From: Mustelus asterias
Taxonomy: Eukaryota
DNA length: 64,000 bases
Assembly: GCF_964213995.1 (NCBI RefSeq)
Contig: NC_135830.1
Coordinates: 4,960,001-5,024,000 of the forward strand
Reading direction: 5' to 3'
Part shown: piece by piece, positions 13,891-25,701 of the stretch
Numbering within the stretch: the stretch's first letter is position 1
Layout of the letters: each line of letters begins with the position of its first letter
Translations under genes and position numbers: made by a program
The notes under the pieces: generated by a model
The model's input: only the letters and a program-made list of their open reading frames with translations
Databases searched by the model: none
What the model was told of the DNA's origin: nothing

Positions 13891-14726
13891 GGCAATGGGC
13901 TCGTGTCTCTATGTTGCATTCGTTTGTGACCCTCTCTCTGCTTACCATACTCTAACTAAACTCCCTGCTGTTTCATATTAAATAAGGCCCTGTCTCTGTT
14001 CATATTGCACTAGGCATTTCCTCTTTCTATTTTCACATCGGCTCTGCCTCTGTTAGTATTGAATTGGACTATACCTACGTTTAAACACATTAAAACGTGT
14101 TTCAGTTTACATTAAACAAGACGCTGTCTCTGTGTATATTACACCTTACCATGTCTCTGTTCATATTAAACAAGATCCCTTCTACCTCTGTTTTTAGTAA
14201 ACAATATGCTGACTTTGATTTAATTAAGACCTGTCTCTGTTCGTATTACGTTAGATGCGGTCTCAGTTCTGCGCTCGACCATTTATCTGTTTATATTAAA
14301 TTGGACCTGACCTCAGTTAGTACTGCCCGAGACCATGCGCAATGACGTGGAACGCGACATGGGGTGGAAAAAATGAAGGTAAGGCAGCAAAACGGAGGGA
14401 ACATAAGAATATCAAATTCTCGAGAGCAATGATCAGCGCTGTCTAATTAAACGCCATAACGTTTCTTGCAAACATTCCAGATTTGCCAACTTGCAGCCCA
14501 AAACACTCTGGCGTTCTTGCAGCTGTTCAAATTGTACAATCAAAATGCTATTGTCGGCGTCTAGTTAAATACAGCAAGGGAATAAAATAGTGTAACATAA
14601 ACAGAGGACAATGACATCAAAAATTGAGATAGCTCCTGCTGTTGCAGCAACATTCTTTCCCTTCACGACGGACACATATTAGCTGCCTTTTGTAACATCG
14701 ACAAGATGCACACAGCAACTTGCCGA

Positions 14727-15906
14727 GGTCACAGAAGACAGAGGGTGGTAGTGGAAGAGTCTTTTTCCGGCTGGAGGCCTGAGACTGGTGGTGTTCATGA
14801 TGTGGAGATGCCGGCGTTGGACTGGGGTAAACACAGTAAGAAGTTTAACAACACCAGGTTAAAGTCCAACAGGTTTATTTGGTAGTAAAAGCCACACAAG
14901 CTTTCGGATTTTTTAGTGGTGTTTTTTAGTGGTGTTCCGCAGGGCTCTGTATTGGGACCTCTGCTGTTTGTGATTTATATAAACGATCTGGAAGAAGGTG
15001 TAACTGGGGTGATCAGTAAGTTTGCGGACGACACAAAATTGGCAGGACTTGCAGATAGTGAGGAGCATTGTCAGAGGCTACAGAAGGATATAGATAGGCT
15101 GGAAATTTGGGCAAAGAAATGGCAGATGGAGTTCAATCCTGATCAATGCGAAGTGATGCATTTTGGTAGAAATAATGTAGGGAGGAGCTATACGATAAAT
15201 GGCAGAACCATAAAGGGTGTAGATACGCAGAGGGACCTGGATGTGCAAGTCCACAGATACTTGAAGGTGACGTCACAGGTGGAGAAGGTGGTGAAGAAGG
15301 CATATGGCATGCTTGCCTTTATAGGACGGGGCATAGAGTATAAAAGTTGGGGTCTGATGTTGCAGATGTATAGAACATTGGTTCGGCCGCATTTGGAATA
15401 CTGCGTCCAGTTCTGGTCACCACACTACCAGAAGGACGTGGAGTACAGAGGAGGTTTACCAGGATGTTGCCTGATATGGAGGGGCTTAGTTATGAGGAGA
15501 GTTTGGGTAAACTGGGGTTGTTCTCCCTGAAAAGACGGAGGACGAGGGGAGACTTAATAGAGGTGTATAAAATTATGAAAGGCATAGATAGGGAGAACGG
15601 TGGGAAGCTTTGCCCCAGGTCGGTGGTGACGTTCACGAGGGGTCATAGGTTCAAGGTGAAGGGGGGGAGGTTTAATACAGATATCAGAAGGACATATTTT
15701 ACACAGAGGGTGGTGGGGGCCTGGAATGCGCTGCCAGGCAAGGTGGTGGAGGCGGACACACTGGGAACGTTTAAGACTTATCTAGATAGCCATATGAACG
15801 GAGTGGGAATGGAGGGATACAAAAGAATGGTCTAGTTTGGACCAGGGAGCGGCACGGGCTTGGAGGGCCGAAGGGCCTGTTCCTGTGCTGTATTGTTCTT
15901 TGTTCT
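14727..15906 (+). mobile_element. CR1 LINE 3' half (continues and overlaps 9263-11370), interrupted by a Penelope-end insert at about 14797-14915
   Basis: RT C-terminus ORFs 14916-15530 and 15464-15835. The start repeats about 11214-11370. Confidence 0.88.
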
Positions 15907-16877
15907 TTGAGACTTCTTCCACAGCACCTTCCATATCCGTGACCTCGAGACTAACAAGGGCAAGCGAAATAGGGAAATATACTTCTTTGCATCCTCCATC
16001 ACAAACAGCCCTATGGAGTAGAACTGCAATTTTGCCCGGGCATCAAGATGCCACAATTGGCCAAATGCTATGTTGATGTCAAAGGCAGGCAGCCTCACTT
16101 CACCTCTTTAATTTAAACATTTCCTTCATATTTGGATTAGAATTAAATGTTTTCTGGAACGGAGTGTTCCTGGTGGGACCGACGCCGAGCATCGTTGAGC
16201 GGATTATTGCTGAGTCAAAGCTACTTGATAGGATGATGCTTCAAACTTCCCATTACGTTGATCAAGCAAGGATTGATGGGGCGGTAATTGGCCAGGTTAG
16301 ATGTGTCCTGCCTTTTGTGACAGGGCATGTCTGACAATTATACACATTGTTGACGAAATGCCAGTATTTTAGTTGCACTTGAGCAGAATGGTTGGGGCAC
16401 ATCTAATTTCAGAGCACAAATCTTTCTTGGACTGGATTTGTCAGGACTGCAGAGGCAGCTCCTAGTCATAGCAATGCACTGGTGCAATATTAATTGAAAC
16501 AGGATACAGTGCAATTTTAACCCCTAGAAACGGTATATTTTCTACAATAAATACAGATGAATCCCAATATAACATAAACAGACACAGTTTGCAGTGCAGC
16601 ATTAATTGAGGCAATATCTGTTTCATGCAATGTGAACCGTCAATATTTCAATTTCATCTGCTGGCCAAACTCTGCAATTGCAACTACTGTAAAAATGTCG
16701 CTGTCAGATATGATTTATGATGTTACTGTATTAATAATCCACTTATGCAAATGTAATACCACATCGCTTTCTGCGGGAGGTGCCAAAATTTAAGGTGCGA
16801 ATAATTTCAGGTATACATTGTTGAATAATGCAGGTTACGATCAGCACCACAGCAAAGTGCCTCAATTTCTGGTCATA

Positions 16878-17283
16878 AAGAACAAAGAACAAAGAACAAT
16901 ACAGCACAGGAACAGGCCCATCGGCCCTCCAAGCCCGCGCCGCTCCCTGGTCCAAACTAGACCATTCTTTTGTATCCCTCCATTCCCACTCCGTTCATGT
17001 GGCTATCTAGATAAGTCTTAAACGTTCCCAGTGTGTCCGCCTCCACCACCTTGCCAGGCAGCTCATTCCAGGCCCCCACCACCCTCTGTGTAAAGTACGT
17101 CCTTCTGATATCCGTGTTAAACCTCCCACCCCCCCCCCCCATCACCTTGAACCCATGACCCCTCGTGAACGTCACCACCGATCTGGGGCAAAGCTTCCCA
17201 CCGCTCACCCTATCTATGCCTTTCATAATTTTAGACACCTCTATTAGGTCACCCCTCATCCTCCGTCATTCCAGTGAGAACAA
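16878..17283 (-). mobile_element. CR1 3' end fragment, inverted relative to 15520-15906
   Basis: Near-identical translation GDLIEV...YKRMV and the same tail. Confidence 0.85.
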
Positions 17284-17986
17284 CATGTATTTTTGTTCAA
17301 CTTGGTTCAAGGGAGTAATGTTGACCATGCGTTGTTTGGAGACAATGGAAACTTTAATTTCCAGCTCAGCAAACATGTTGCTTGGAGAACTTGTTGGTTC
17401 GTAATTCCACCTGAAAGATAGTTGGGGTCATTGCCTTTCTGTCAACAAGGTATCAAAGCTGTCCCAGAATTCAGTGGGAAATGGAATTAAACCACACCGA
17501 GGAAAGTGAGCAGCTACCCAGCAGCCTCTGTGCTTTATTGACACGTAATCACCCCATCATCAAACAGAAACTACTGACATATAACTGGAGTGTGTGATGA
17601 TTTGTTTAGTGACAGACTAAATTAGACTATCTGAACCTAATGGGAAGTTGTAGAATCTTAAAACCCCGATTCATTGTTGCACGACTTTGGAAAGTAATTT
17701 AAAACTTGTAGCTGTCCATTGAATTTCAATATATTTCTGTTCCCACGTTGTTAAGTCTTGAGCCTGTTGCCTTCACTAAATTGGGTGATGGTATTTTGAG
17801 GGATTTATTGTGCTTGAATAGACCACATGTACAAAATATGGCAATCCTTCATCCTCAACCAAATCCTGTTCCCTCCTTCTACCTTGGATATGAAGATTCA
17901 TCATCACCAGAGAAAAGAACCATAAGTACCACAGCAAAACCTTCTCCTCTTAGTGAGGTTCAGCTTGTTAGTTTCCGATAACTTAC

Positions 17987-18704
17987 TGTGACGTCAGTTC
18001 TCCTTTAAGAGGTGTTTTCTTTTAAATCACGATCTCTGCAGCTCACAGGCTTAGGTGATGTCATTGTGAGAGGAGCGAACCTGTTGGCAACACAGGTGAC
18101 AGGGATTCCATTTTAGTTTCAGTTTGTGAAATCGAGTGTTAAAAGCATCATGTTCTTCTCTCTCCCTGTTTGTTTATTTTGTATTTTGCACATTCTGTAG
18201 TCAGCTGAAAACAAGATGTTGCTTTCCTGAAGTCTGCTGTTTTGGGGGTGGACCAGTATATCTCAGATGTCTTGCAAATCAGTCCTGTTTGCAAACTGCT
18301 CTGAGTCTCAGGAATATTTGGCTGCAGTCTCATAAGGAAAAGAAACGATCCCAGTATCAAGTGAACATTAGTCTGTGCTGTGTTAAATCTGTGAAAAGAG
18401 CTTTTGTTGTCTATTGGTTTTGATTTTAATTGGAACACAATAGAGATATTCATTAAGAGTTATACATTATAGTAGTTGCTTTGTTTCGTGTTTGTAACGG
18501 ATAAAAGTCCTTGCTAATTTTATTGCCATACATGCTAACTATATTTGTAAATACATTTGTTCGATAGAAGCTCCATACTGGGTCATTTGGATCATACCTG
18601 AAGTGAAACATCTCACGCTTATCCTGGCCAAATTCAAGACACAACACTTATAATTCAGGCGGGTTTCATAAAACACTTTGAAGTTTCTAACCTGAACCAT
18701 GACA
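17987..18704. mobile_element. Possible solo LTR
   Basis: TGTGACG...CATGACA termini, about 720 bp, non-coding. No clear TSD. Confidence 0.35.
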
Positions 18705-19794
18705 CGAGGAATGGATTTCACCCAGAAGATCTGGAGAGATTCAAGGTATTAGACTCACATCACTGGAAAAAACTGAAAACTGCTTCATTCATGTTGTAGT
18801 CAAGCACAAGCATGAAACTGCAGAACAACATATCTTTCATGACCATCTATTGGTACTTCATTCAACCCATTCACTGATTCTTTAATCAAAATGTACATAC
18901 ATCCAAGTACCATATATTCCTAAATTAACACAATCCCTTTTTTTTTGGAAAGGTACTGGCATAATAGTAATGTCAGCGTAAAAGTAATCCAGAGGCATCG
19001 CCAATGTCATGAGGGCACGGGTTTATATATCACCATGGCAGCTGGTGGTACTTCAATTCAATGAATAAATCTGGAATACATACTAATGGTGACCAAGGTA
19101 TCAGTTGTAATTCATCAGTGAAGGAAATCTGCCATCTCTCGCAGGCCTCATCAGGATGCGGCTCCAGGCAGATCGCAACGTGCCTGACTTTTCAATGTCT
19201 TCTGACATGGCCAAGCAAGCCAATCAATTAAAAGGAAATTAGGGAGAGGCAGCAAATTCTGGTCTTGGCTGCAACTCCCACATCCCAGGTAAGAACAAGC
19301 AGAAAGAAAACATAAACATACATGTTTATGCATTACAAAATATATCCCCTGAGCTATCTCTCAGTGCATCTATATTTCTTTCTATCCATCCATCGCAATG
19401 TCCATGATGTGTTCGATAGATCATCCCTGTTGATAATAAGGTGTTAGAGAAGCTGCATACTTTCCCTTTCCTGATAGATGAGAACAATAGCTTTTCAACT
19501 TTAAAAATTAAATTGTCTTCAGTACTGTTGCTGGGTAGATTAGTTTATAAATAGGTCTCATTGACAATGGTAAGAGATTGAAGTTCACTTGCAGCCACGC
19601 GATCAGTACAGAGGAAACAGATTTTTGAACTACTGCACAAACACTCCCAGATGTTTCCTAAAAATAACATTGGGCGTTTGACAGCAGGCTGGATTGTTGC
19701 CAAATACTGTGTGGGACAGATTGCCATGAATGTGAGTGGAGAAAATGGGATTCAAACATTCAAGCAATACATTTTTCATTATCGCAGAAAGGCA

Positions 19795-20013
19795 CATTTT
19801 ATATGTCTTCTAAACAAGTATTTTCAATGAATATCCTGTTCATTCTGGGATTAACTAGTTCAGAAAATATTTTAAATGTCTTCTAAACAAATATTTTCAA
19901 TGAATATCCTGCTCATTCTGTGGTTAACTAGTTCAGAAAATATTTTAAATGTCTTCTAAACAAATATTTTCAATGAATATCCTGTTCATTCTGTGATTAA
20001 CTAGTTCAGAAAA
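19795..20013. repeat. 73-bp tandem repeat, about 3 copies
   Basis: ATGTCTTCTAAACAA starts at 19803, 19876 and 19949. Confidence 0.9.
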
Positions 20014-20611
20014 CAGCAGAGTGAATAGATGACATTTAATTTGTGTAACTTTCAATTAAATGTCAATCTAATGATTAATGTCTGTTTGTCAACAACTTGA
20101 TGAAATGCGAGAGAGAGATGTTAATGGTCACAATCCGTTAGTCTAATGAGATCGGTGTAATAGCAAAAAATGAAAAGAAATAAAATTATAAGAAAATCAT
20201 AAAATTGCCTTGAACAGCGGGGATTCTTGGAATATTCAGAAAGTTCTGCTCCTCATGTAAACGGCTCGTCACTTAAACCTGATTAGCACCGTGTTCTGTT
20301 GTACAGTTTAATCTGATTTCGTTTGTTTAACAGTCGCTCTCACAGATGCCAATGAGTGCAGAAATGATTAGTTTCTAACTGATTCAGTGGTAGATAAAAC
20401 CATTCATTCTTGTGATATTGTGTAATGTGCTGCAAAGTCCTGATATCCTGTGTTCCCAATAACAGTGAATGGGCGACAACCGGTGGCCAATAAAATGAGC
20501 TGCAATGATTTGTGTGCTGGAAGATACCTCTACTCGTAGCCCTGTCCGTTCTGATTCATTAACTTCTCTGTCAAAAGTCGATGCCGATTTTATGTTTCTC
20601 CATTAGCTCAC

Positions 20612-20829
20612 TGCTTAATTATCAGACAAGCGGGTTTCTTTTGCAGCTAATCTTCAGAGGACTGCCTGAGGCTTACGGGTATTTTGAGGATAGTCAGGAG
20701 ACATTGTGTAATGTTCTAATTATCAGTGCTTAATTATCAGACAAGCGGGTTTCTTTTGCAGCTAATCTTCAGAGGACTGCCTGAGGCTTACGGGTATTTT
20801 GAGGATAGTCAGGAGACATTGTGTAATGT
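20612..20829. repeat. 103-bp direct duplication upstream of VH
   Basis: 20612-20714 matches 20727-20829. The 12-nt spacer TCTAATTATCAG copies the start of the unit. Confidence 0.9.
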
Positions 20830-21307
20830 GAGGAGTTCGTTCTTATCTCCAAACCCAAATCGCACAGTGATAGCCATCCACACTGTAAATAGAATCACTT
20901 TGTTCATCCGCACATTTAGTTTCAGAAATCGATAACAATTCCCACTGATAAATTATGCTTTATTATTGTCATGTGATGGAGACCTGGAATTACTCTCTGA
21001 ATCTGTAAATTAATCATTTTCAATTTCGTCTTCTGCTGAGAGCCGTGGAAATAAAATAACTATATTTACAACGGAATTAGTCTATTTTATGAAGAGATGA
21101 TGAACTGCATTATCATCATTTCACACAATGAATCCATTCAGCCCAACAAATATCCCGATGCAGATAAAATGTCAATTTTAATATCAAACTATTGTAAATC
21201 TCGGAGTCCATTCTGTTGGGGGTGTGGAAGGAGGGACCTGGATCCAGTCGCCGCCTGCAGCAGGGAATCAACAGGCGGCGCCTGGAAAGCCGCCCCCTGC
21301 TGCCGGG

Positions 21308-21315
21308 TATTTAAA
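21308..21315 (+). promoter_or_regulatory. TATA-like box of the VH promoter
   Basis: TATTTAAA about 90-100 nt upstream of the leader ATG. An octamer variant, ATGCAGAT, lies at 21158-21165. Confidence 0.55.
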
Positions 21316-21406
21316 TGCCGCTCACTGGGACCGGAATCCAACAGTCCGGGAGCTGGTTTGTTCACTGAGTTCCTGACATAACCATTTCCTCCATATGACC
21401 AGAAGG

Positions 21407-21452
21407 ATGAGGTCGGCGATTTCTCTCAGTTTGTTGCTGGCTTTCTTATCCA
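21407..21452 (+). CDS. IGHV: IgM VH leader exon (MRSAISLSLLLAFLS)
   Basis: Hydrophobic signal peptide ending in a phase-1 GTGAGT donor at 21453. An in-frame upstream ATG is at 21395. It joins in frame to the acceptor TTACAG at 21576. Confidence 0.9.
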
Positions 21453-21576
21453 GTGAGTAGTTTTTATTGTCCAAGACTCTCACTGTTAGCCACTGTTAAC
21501 CAATCTCTGAAATGTTCCAGATTCAGCAATCATTTCGCCAGGATTAATCTTTGGGGATTTTGATATATTTTTACAG

Positions 21577-21878
21577 GAGTCCAGTCGCAGGTTGTGTTGA
21601 CTCAGCCAGAGGCAGCGACCGGGCGTCCCGGAGGCTCCCTGAGATTGACCTGTAAAACCAGTGGCTTCAATCTTGACAGCGACTGGATGAACTGGATCCG
21701 AAAGGTTCCCGGACAGGGGTTGGACTGGCTCCTTGACGACACAAGTTCATCGAGCAACAATTACTCCCCAGGGATTCAGTATCGATTTACAGCGTCCAAA
21801 GACCTTTCAAGTAATACCTTCGCTTTGGACATGACTGGTCTGACGAACGAAGACACCGCCATCTATTACTGTACATAT
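21577..21878 (+). CDS. IGHV: Ig heavy-chain variable segment (shark IgM-type VH), open frame
   Basis: (R)[25 protein letters not shown]...[12 protein letters not shown]...RFTASKD...EDTAIYYCT has the canonical Cys, Trp and YYC V-set motifs. Confidence 0.95.
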
Positions 21879-21917
21879 CCCAGCGATAGGGACCAGGGCT
21901 GCCCCCGGACAAGAACA
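21879..21917 (+). promoter_or_regulatory. VH 23-RSS with defective heptamer
   Basis: CCCAGCG + 23-nt spacer + ACAAGAACA. The invariant CAC is changed to CCC. Confidence 0.85.
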
Positions 21918-22269
21918 GTTCGAGAAGGAATTTAACAACTTCCAACACAACCTGAAATTCAGTACCTCTTGTACATGTAATATTAACTGCAATGATCTGA
22001 ACCAGACAACTAGCTGATTCTTACCAAACTAACACAGCGAAAATGTAACGGTAAAACGTAACAGACAAACATAGAAAACGGGGTTGGACTGTGGCTGTGG
22101 TTATATTTATTATTGACACTTTCAACACTTCCAGACCTGCAAATAATGCTTATTTTAATATGTCTGACTTTGTGATCGATAAACTGCTGCCTAACTGATA
22201 AATGAGATCAGAAATAACGTTCTATTTGAAGTGAATAGTGAGCGGCAGTACTGAACAGAGAGTGAGTGC

Positions 22270-22348
22270 AGTTTTTGTGCGGGTGTGTGTCACTGTGATA
22301 TGTTGGGTCGAACTGGCAGGCACAGCTGTTACCGTCAATACAAAAACC
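22270..22348 (+). other. IGHD: DH segment (22298-22320) flanked by two 12-RSS; probable germline D1-D2 fusion
   Basis: AGTTTTTGT-12nt-CACTGTG, then ATATGTTGGGTCGAACTGGCAGG, then CACAGCT-12nt-ACAAAAACC. Confidence 0.9.
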
Positions 22349-22634
22349 CCTTTCAGCACTTACTGATTGAGGCTGGATCAGTGTCACTTCTATAATCCAA
22401 CTATAATTTCAGTATAGTACTCTCGATGATCAGCATTGCCCGAATGGCAAGAATTAAAATGCAAACTCGATGATAATTGTTCGATTATCAGTTGTTGTTT
22501 TCAATAACATGTTCATGTGTTACTCTGTGAAATATAAATCATTAGGGTCATTTATGAAGAGCGAAAGGCTTCATTGATTTACTTGCCTTGTGCTTTGTGA
22601 ATATTTAAAATAATGGTCTATTGTGTTTAGAGCA

Positions 22635-22673
22635 TGTTAATGTATGGTGCAGCCCAGAGAATGTAACACAGTG
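22635..22673 (-). promoter_or_regulatory. JH 23-RSS
   Basis: TGTTAATGT (degenerate nonamer) + 23 nt + CACAGTG directly before the J coding sequence. Confidence 0.8.
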
Positions 22674-22720
22674 ACACTTCCCATCCTAGGGACAAGGGAC
22701 CACGGTGACGGTGACTGCAG
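22674..22720 (+). pseudogene. IGHJ: JH segment with nonsense codon at the conserved Trp
   Basis: Reads HFPS*GQGTTVTVTA. TAG at 22687-22689 replaces the TGG of WGxG. The GTAAG donor at 21-style position 22721 is intact. Confidence 0.9.
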
Positions 22721-25701
22721 GTAAGAACCGTGCACTTATTGAGCAACTGCTTCACTTGAGCCTTTGTTTTATTTTATTTCCTATTTTAGTAATTCATTAA
22801 CTAATTGAAATGTGGGTTTGGTGGATTTTTTATTGAGATATTTTGCAATGGTCCATGTGATTTTGCTGAAAGGGTTGAAAAGTTCTGCTGCTTCTTGACA
22901 ATAGGTGCTGCTAAGTTATTTAATCTCTGGTTGCTGTGATTTGGTGTTTATCTGTTGAGGGCATTGTGTGGCTGGGTTACTGTAAATACCGAACTTCTGT
23001 TAAACAGTTATGCGTTTCTGCAATGTTTAATCTCGGTGACATCAAATAGCTGCGAGTTGTACCATCTACTGCACAAGTGTTTGAAATGTAACCCAATATT
23101 AACAAAATATGTTAAAATTGCTGTATTAATTTAGTGATCATGTTCCGTCTGCTCACAAATCTCGTGTTGTTGTGGCATATTTCTGTCCATTTAATTATTA
23201 ATTGGGTTTGTCATTAACAGATTGGCTGGATTTTATATTGAGATTCTCTGTCAATTTTACATTTGGTTCTGTTGAAAGTATTTGTGGAATTGAGCTGCTT
23301 CTGCATGAAATGGGGTTCAGTCCCTCAGTGATGTGTTTTTTTGTGGTGAGGTGGTTGTGTGTCTGGGTGACTTTGAATAAGTAAAATGTGTGAAATGATT
23401 TGGTGTTTCTGTATTGCTTCTGCATTGTTTACACTCGGTGACACTGAGCTGTTACACTCTTTGTGATTGAATACAAACATTCAACACGTTTGAAACTGCT
23501 TGACGCATGATTGCAGGCAGAACTCAGGCAAGATTTATTGCAGTTTTTTAAAAAAATCTCAAATGATAATTCCAGATTAAACTAAGGCACGGTTTACGCC
23601 GTTCGTTCAGAACATAGTTTGTCACTGAATTCACAATTTGTGATACCTGCAATGTTTAATTTCGGTGGCATCTGATGGCTGCAGCTTTTCCCATCGAAAT
23701 GTTTAAATATGTTTGAAGTCTCTTTGAAATGTGATCCAATATGAATAAAATGTGATAAAGTTTCAATATTAATTTGTTGGACATATTCCACCTCTTCACA
23801 ATATTATTGTTATCATTCCAGATTGCTGTTTAGTTTAATAATTTGGTGACGAGATCTTCTGCTGGATTCCGTATTGAGATCTTCGTGCGATGTTACATTT
23901 ATTTCTGTTGAATGGATAATTGAGCTGCTTCTCCATAAAACGGGGTTCATTCCCTCGGTGATGTGTTTTAGTATTTTTCTGCTGAGGAGATTGTGTATCT
24001 GGGTGACTTAAAATGTTTATAATTTGTGGAATGGTTTGGAGTTTCGGTATTGCTTCTGCATTGTTTAAACTGGTTGACACTGCGTGGTGCCACGTCTTCT
24101 GGTTCAATGCATTTGAAAATACTTTAGCACGATTGTCGGGGAAAAAACAGGCAGGTTTCGGAAAAAAATGAAATAAAGATACACTTTTATAAATGTAAAT
24201 GATGATTGCAGATTAAAATACAGCATGGCTGAAAAAAAATCATTCAGAATATAATTCATTGCTACAATCAATACTTACTTAACAAGTTTGAAGTTTGTAG
24301 AGTGAAATTAATATAATTGAAACAATTGCTTCGCGGTAATGTACTCCTTATTCACCAAAAATATTTGATGTTGATATCATTAATCCCCTTTCACAACTAT
24401 GCTGTGCATTGCACACAATTAACATAAACGAGAAAGGTTCTAGGCTGAAAACATTTTGTGATTATTTCTGAAACTATTTCAATGAGTACAGGCTGATTCC
24501 ACATCAACGTTTAGTTCAACAAGATATTTTGAAACAATCGTTTTGCGCTAATTAAGTTTACCGTCACTTAAATAGGAGTTTTACATTGCAGTTTGGTAAT
24601 GTATGTATCCTGTTATTGCATTTTTTTTCGGTTGCAGGCGCAGCCAAATTATTGCTTTAAAGTAATATGTCGATAGATAATTAATCACTACTCTAATCTT
24701 AAACAGTTTTCTGAGAGCTGAAGTTCGCTAGCATGAAGTAATTGTTCATTTGGTTTTTGAATTGTGGTAAGGTGTCGACAGGTGCTCGCCAGACAACGGC
24801 AAGTAAATGCTTGAAATTCACACTGATTAGTTTAATTACGGAAGTTTTATATTAGTTCTGCTCCTAGCAATAACATTCTGTCTTCCAATACTGCTGCAGA
24901 CAGAATAAAATGATAGGAAGAACAAATGTCAGCACAGACGAATTTACTCAATCTGAAACTTCTGTTTAATTATTATTAAATATTAAACTGAAGAACAAAA
25001 TCTCGACTTATTTTTCATCATGTCTCAGTCTTGCAGAGGATTTGAATAAATTGTCCTCATTGTGTTTTGTACTGTTTTATGTGTAACTTTTTCAATTAAA
25101 CAATATGATCAACAATTTAATTACTTTTCAATTAAACAATATGATCAACAATTTAATTACTTTTTCAATTAAACAATATGATCAACAATTTAATTACAGC
25201 AATGATCAGCTTCATTGTTCCCAGGAGCAGGCTGAGGGTAAGAGAGTGGGTTTGCTGACTGTAATTAATTATTTATTTTTTCAGTTAATTTTGGGTTTAA
25301 AATCGGAGGTTTTTTTCAAAACCGGAAGTCAGGCCAGGAGTGGCCAGGGGAAGTTTTTGGAGGGTTTAAAAAGGGCTTACCTTGGAGGTTCAGCTTCATT
25401 GTTCCCAGGAGCAGGCTGAGGGTAAGAGAGTGGGTTTGCTGACTGTAATTAATTATTTATTTTTTCAGTTAATTTTGGGTTTAAAATCGGAGGTTTTTTT
25501 CAAAACCGGAAGTCAGGCCAGGAGTGGCCAGGGGAAGTTTTTGGAGGGTTTAAAAGTGCACCAAAGTATACAGCGGGCAGCAGAGTGAGTGGGAAGTTGA
25601 GTGAGCTGTCAGGGCTTTGGCTCACAGGGCTTGGACGAGCAGGGGTGAGTTTTTGTTTCCTTACACTCTTATTAACTTTTCACTGTCTTACTTGACATAA
25701 A

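Noticed and set aside
16745-16752. Perfect octamers ATGCAAAT (also 32080, 43527, 48021) as Ig enhancers
   Set aside because: They are isolated, two lie inside CA-rich repeats, and this count is near chance for AT-rich DNA of this length.
19795-20013. Regular repeats (also 25086-25197) as a CRISPR-like array
   Set aside because: Head-to-tail tandem units with no unique spacers, in a eukaryotic context with no cas genes.
21594-21935. V ORF extension [19 protein letters not shown] read as a pre-joined CDR3
   Set aside because: It is the translated RSS (heptamer, spacer, nonamer). There is no WGxG, so V is not joined.
22033-22071. CACAGCG as a possible extra RSS (missing D1 or substitute V-RSS)
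   Set aside because: No acceptable nonamer at 12- or 23-nt spacing, and no opposing 5' RSS.
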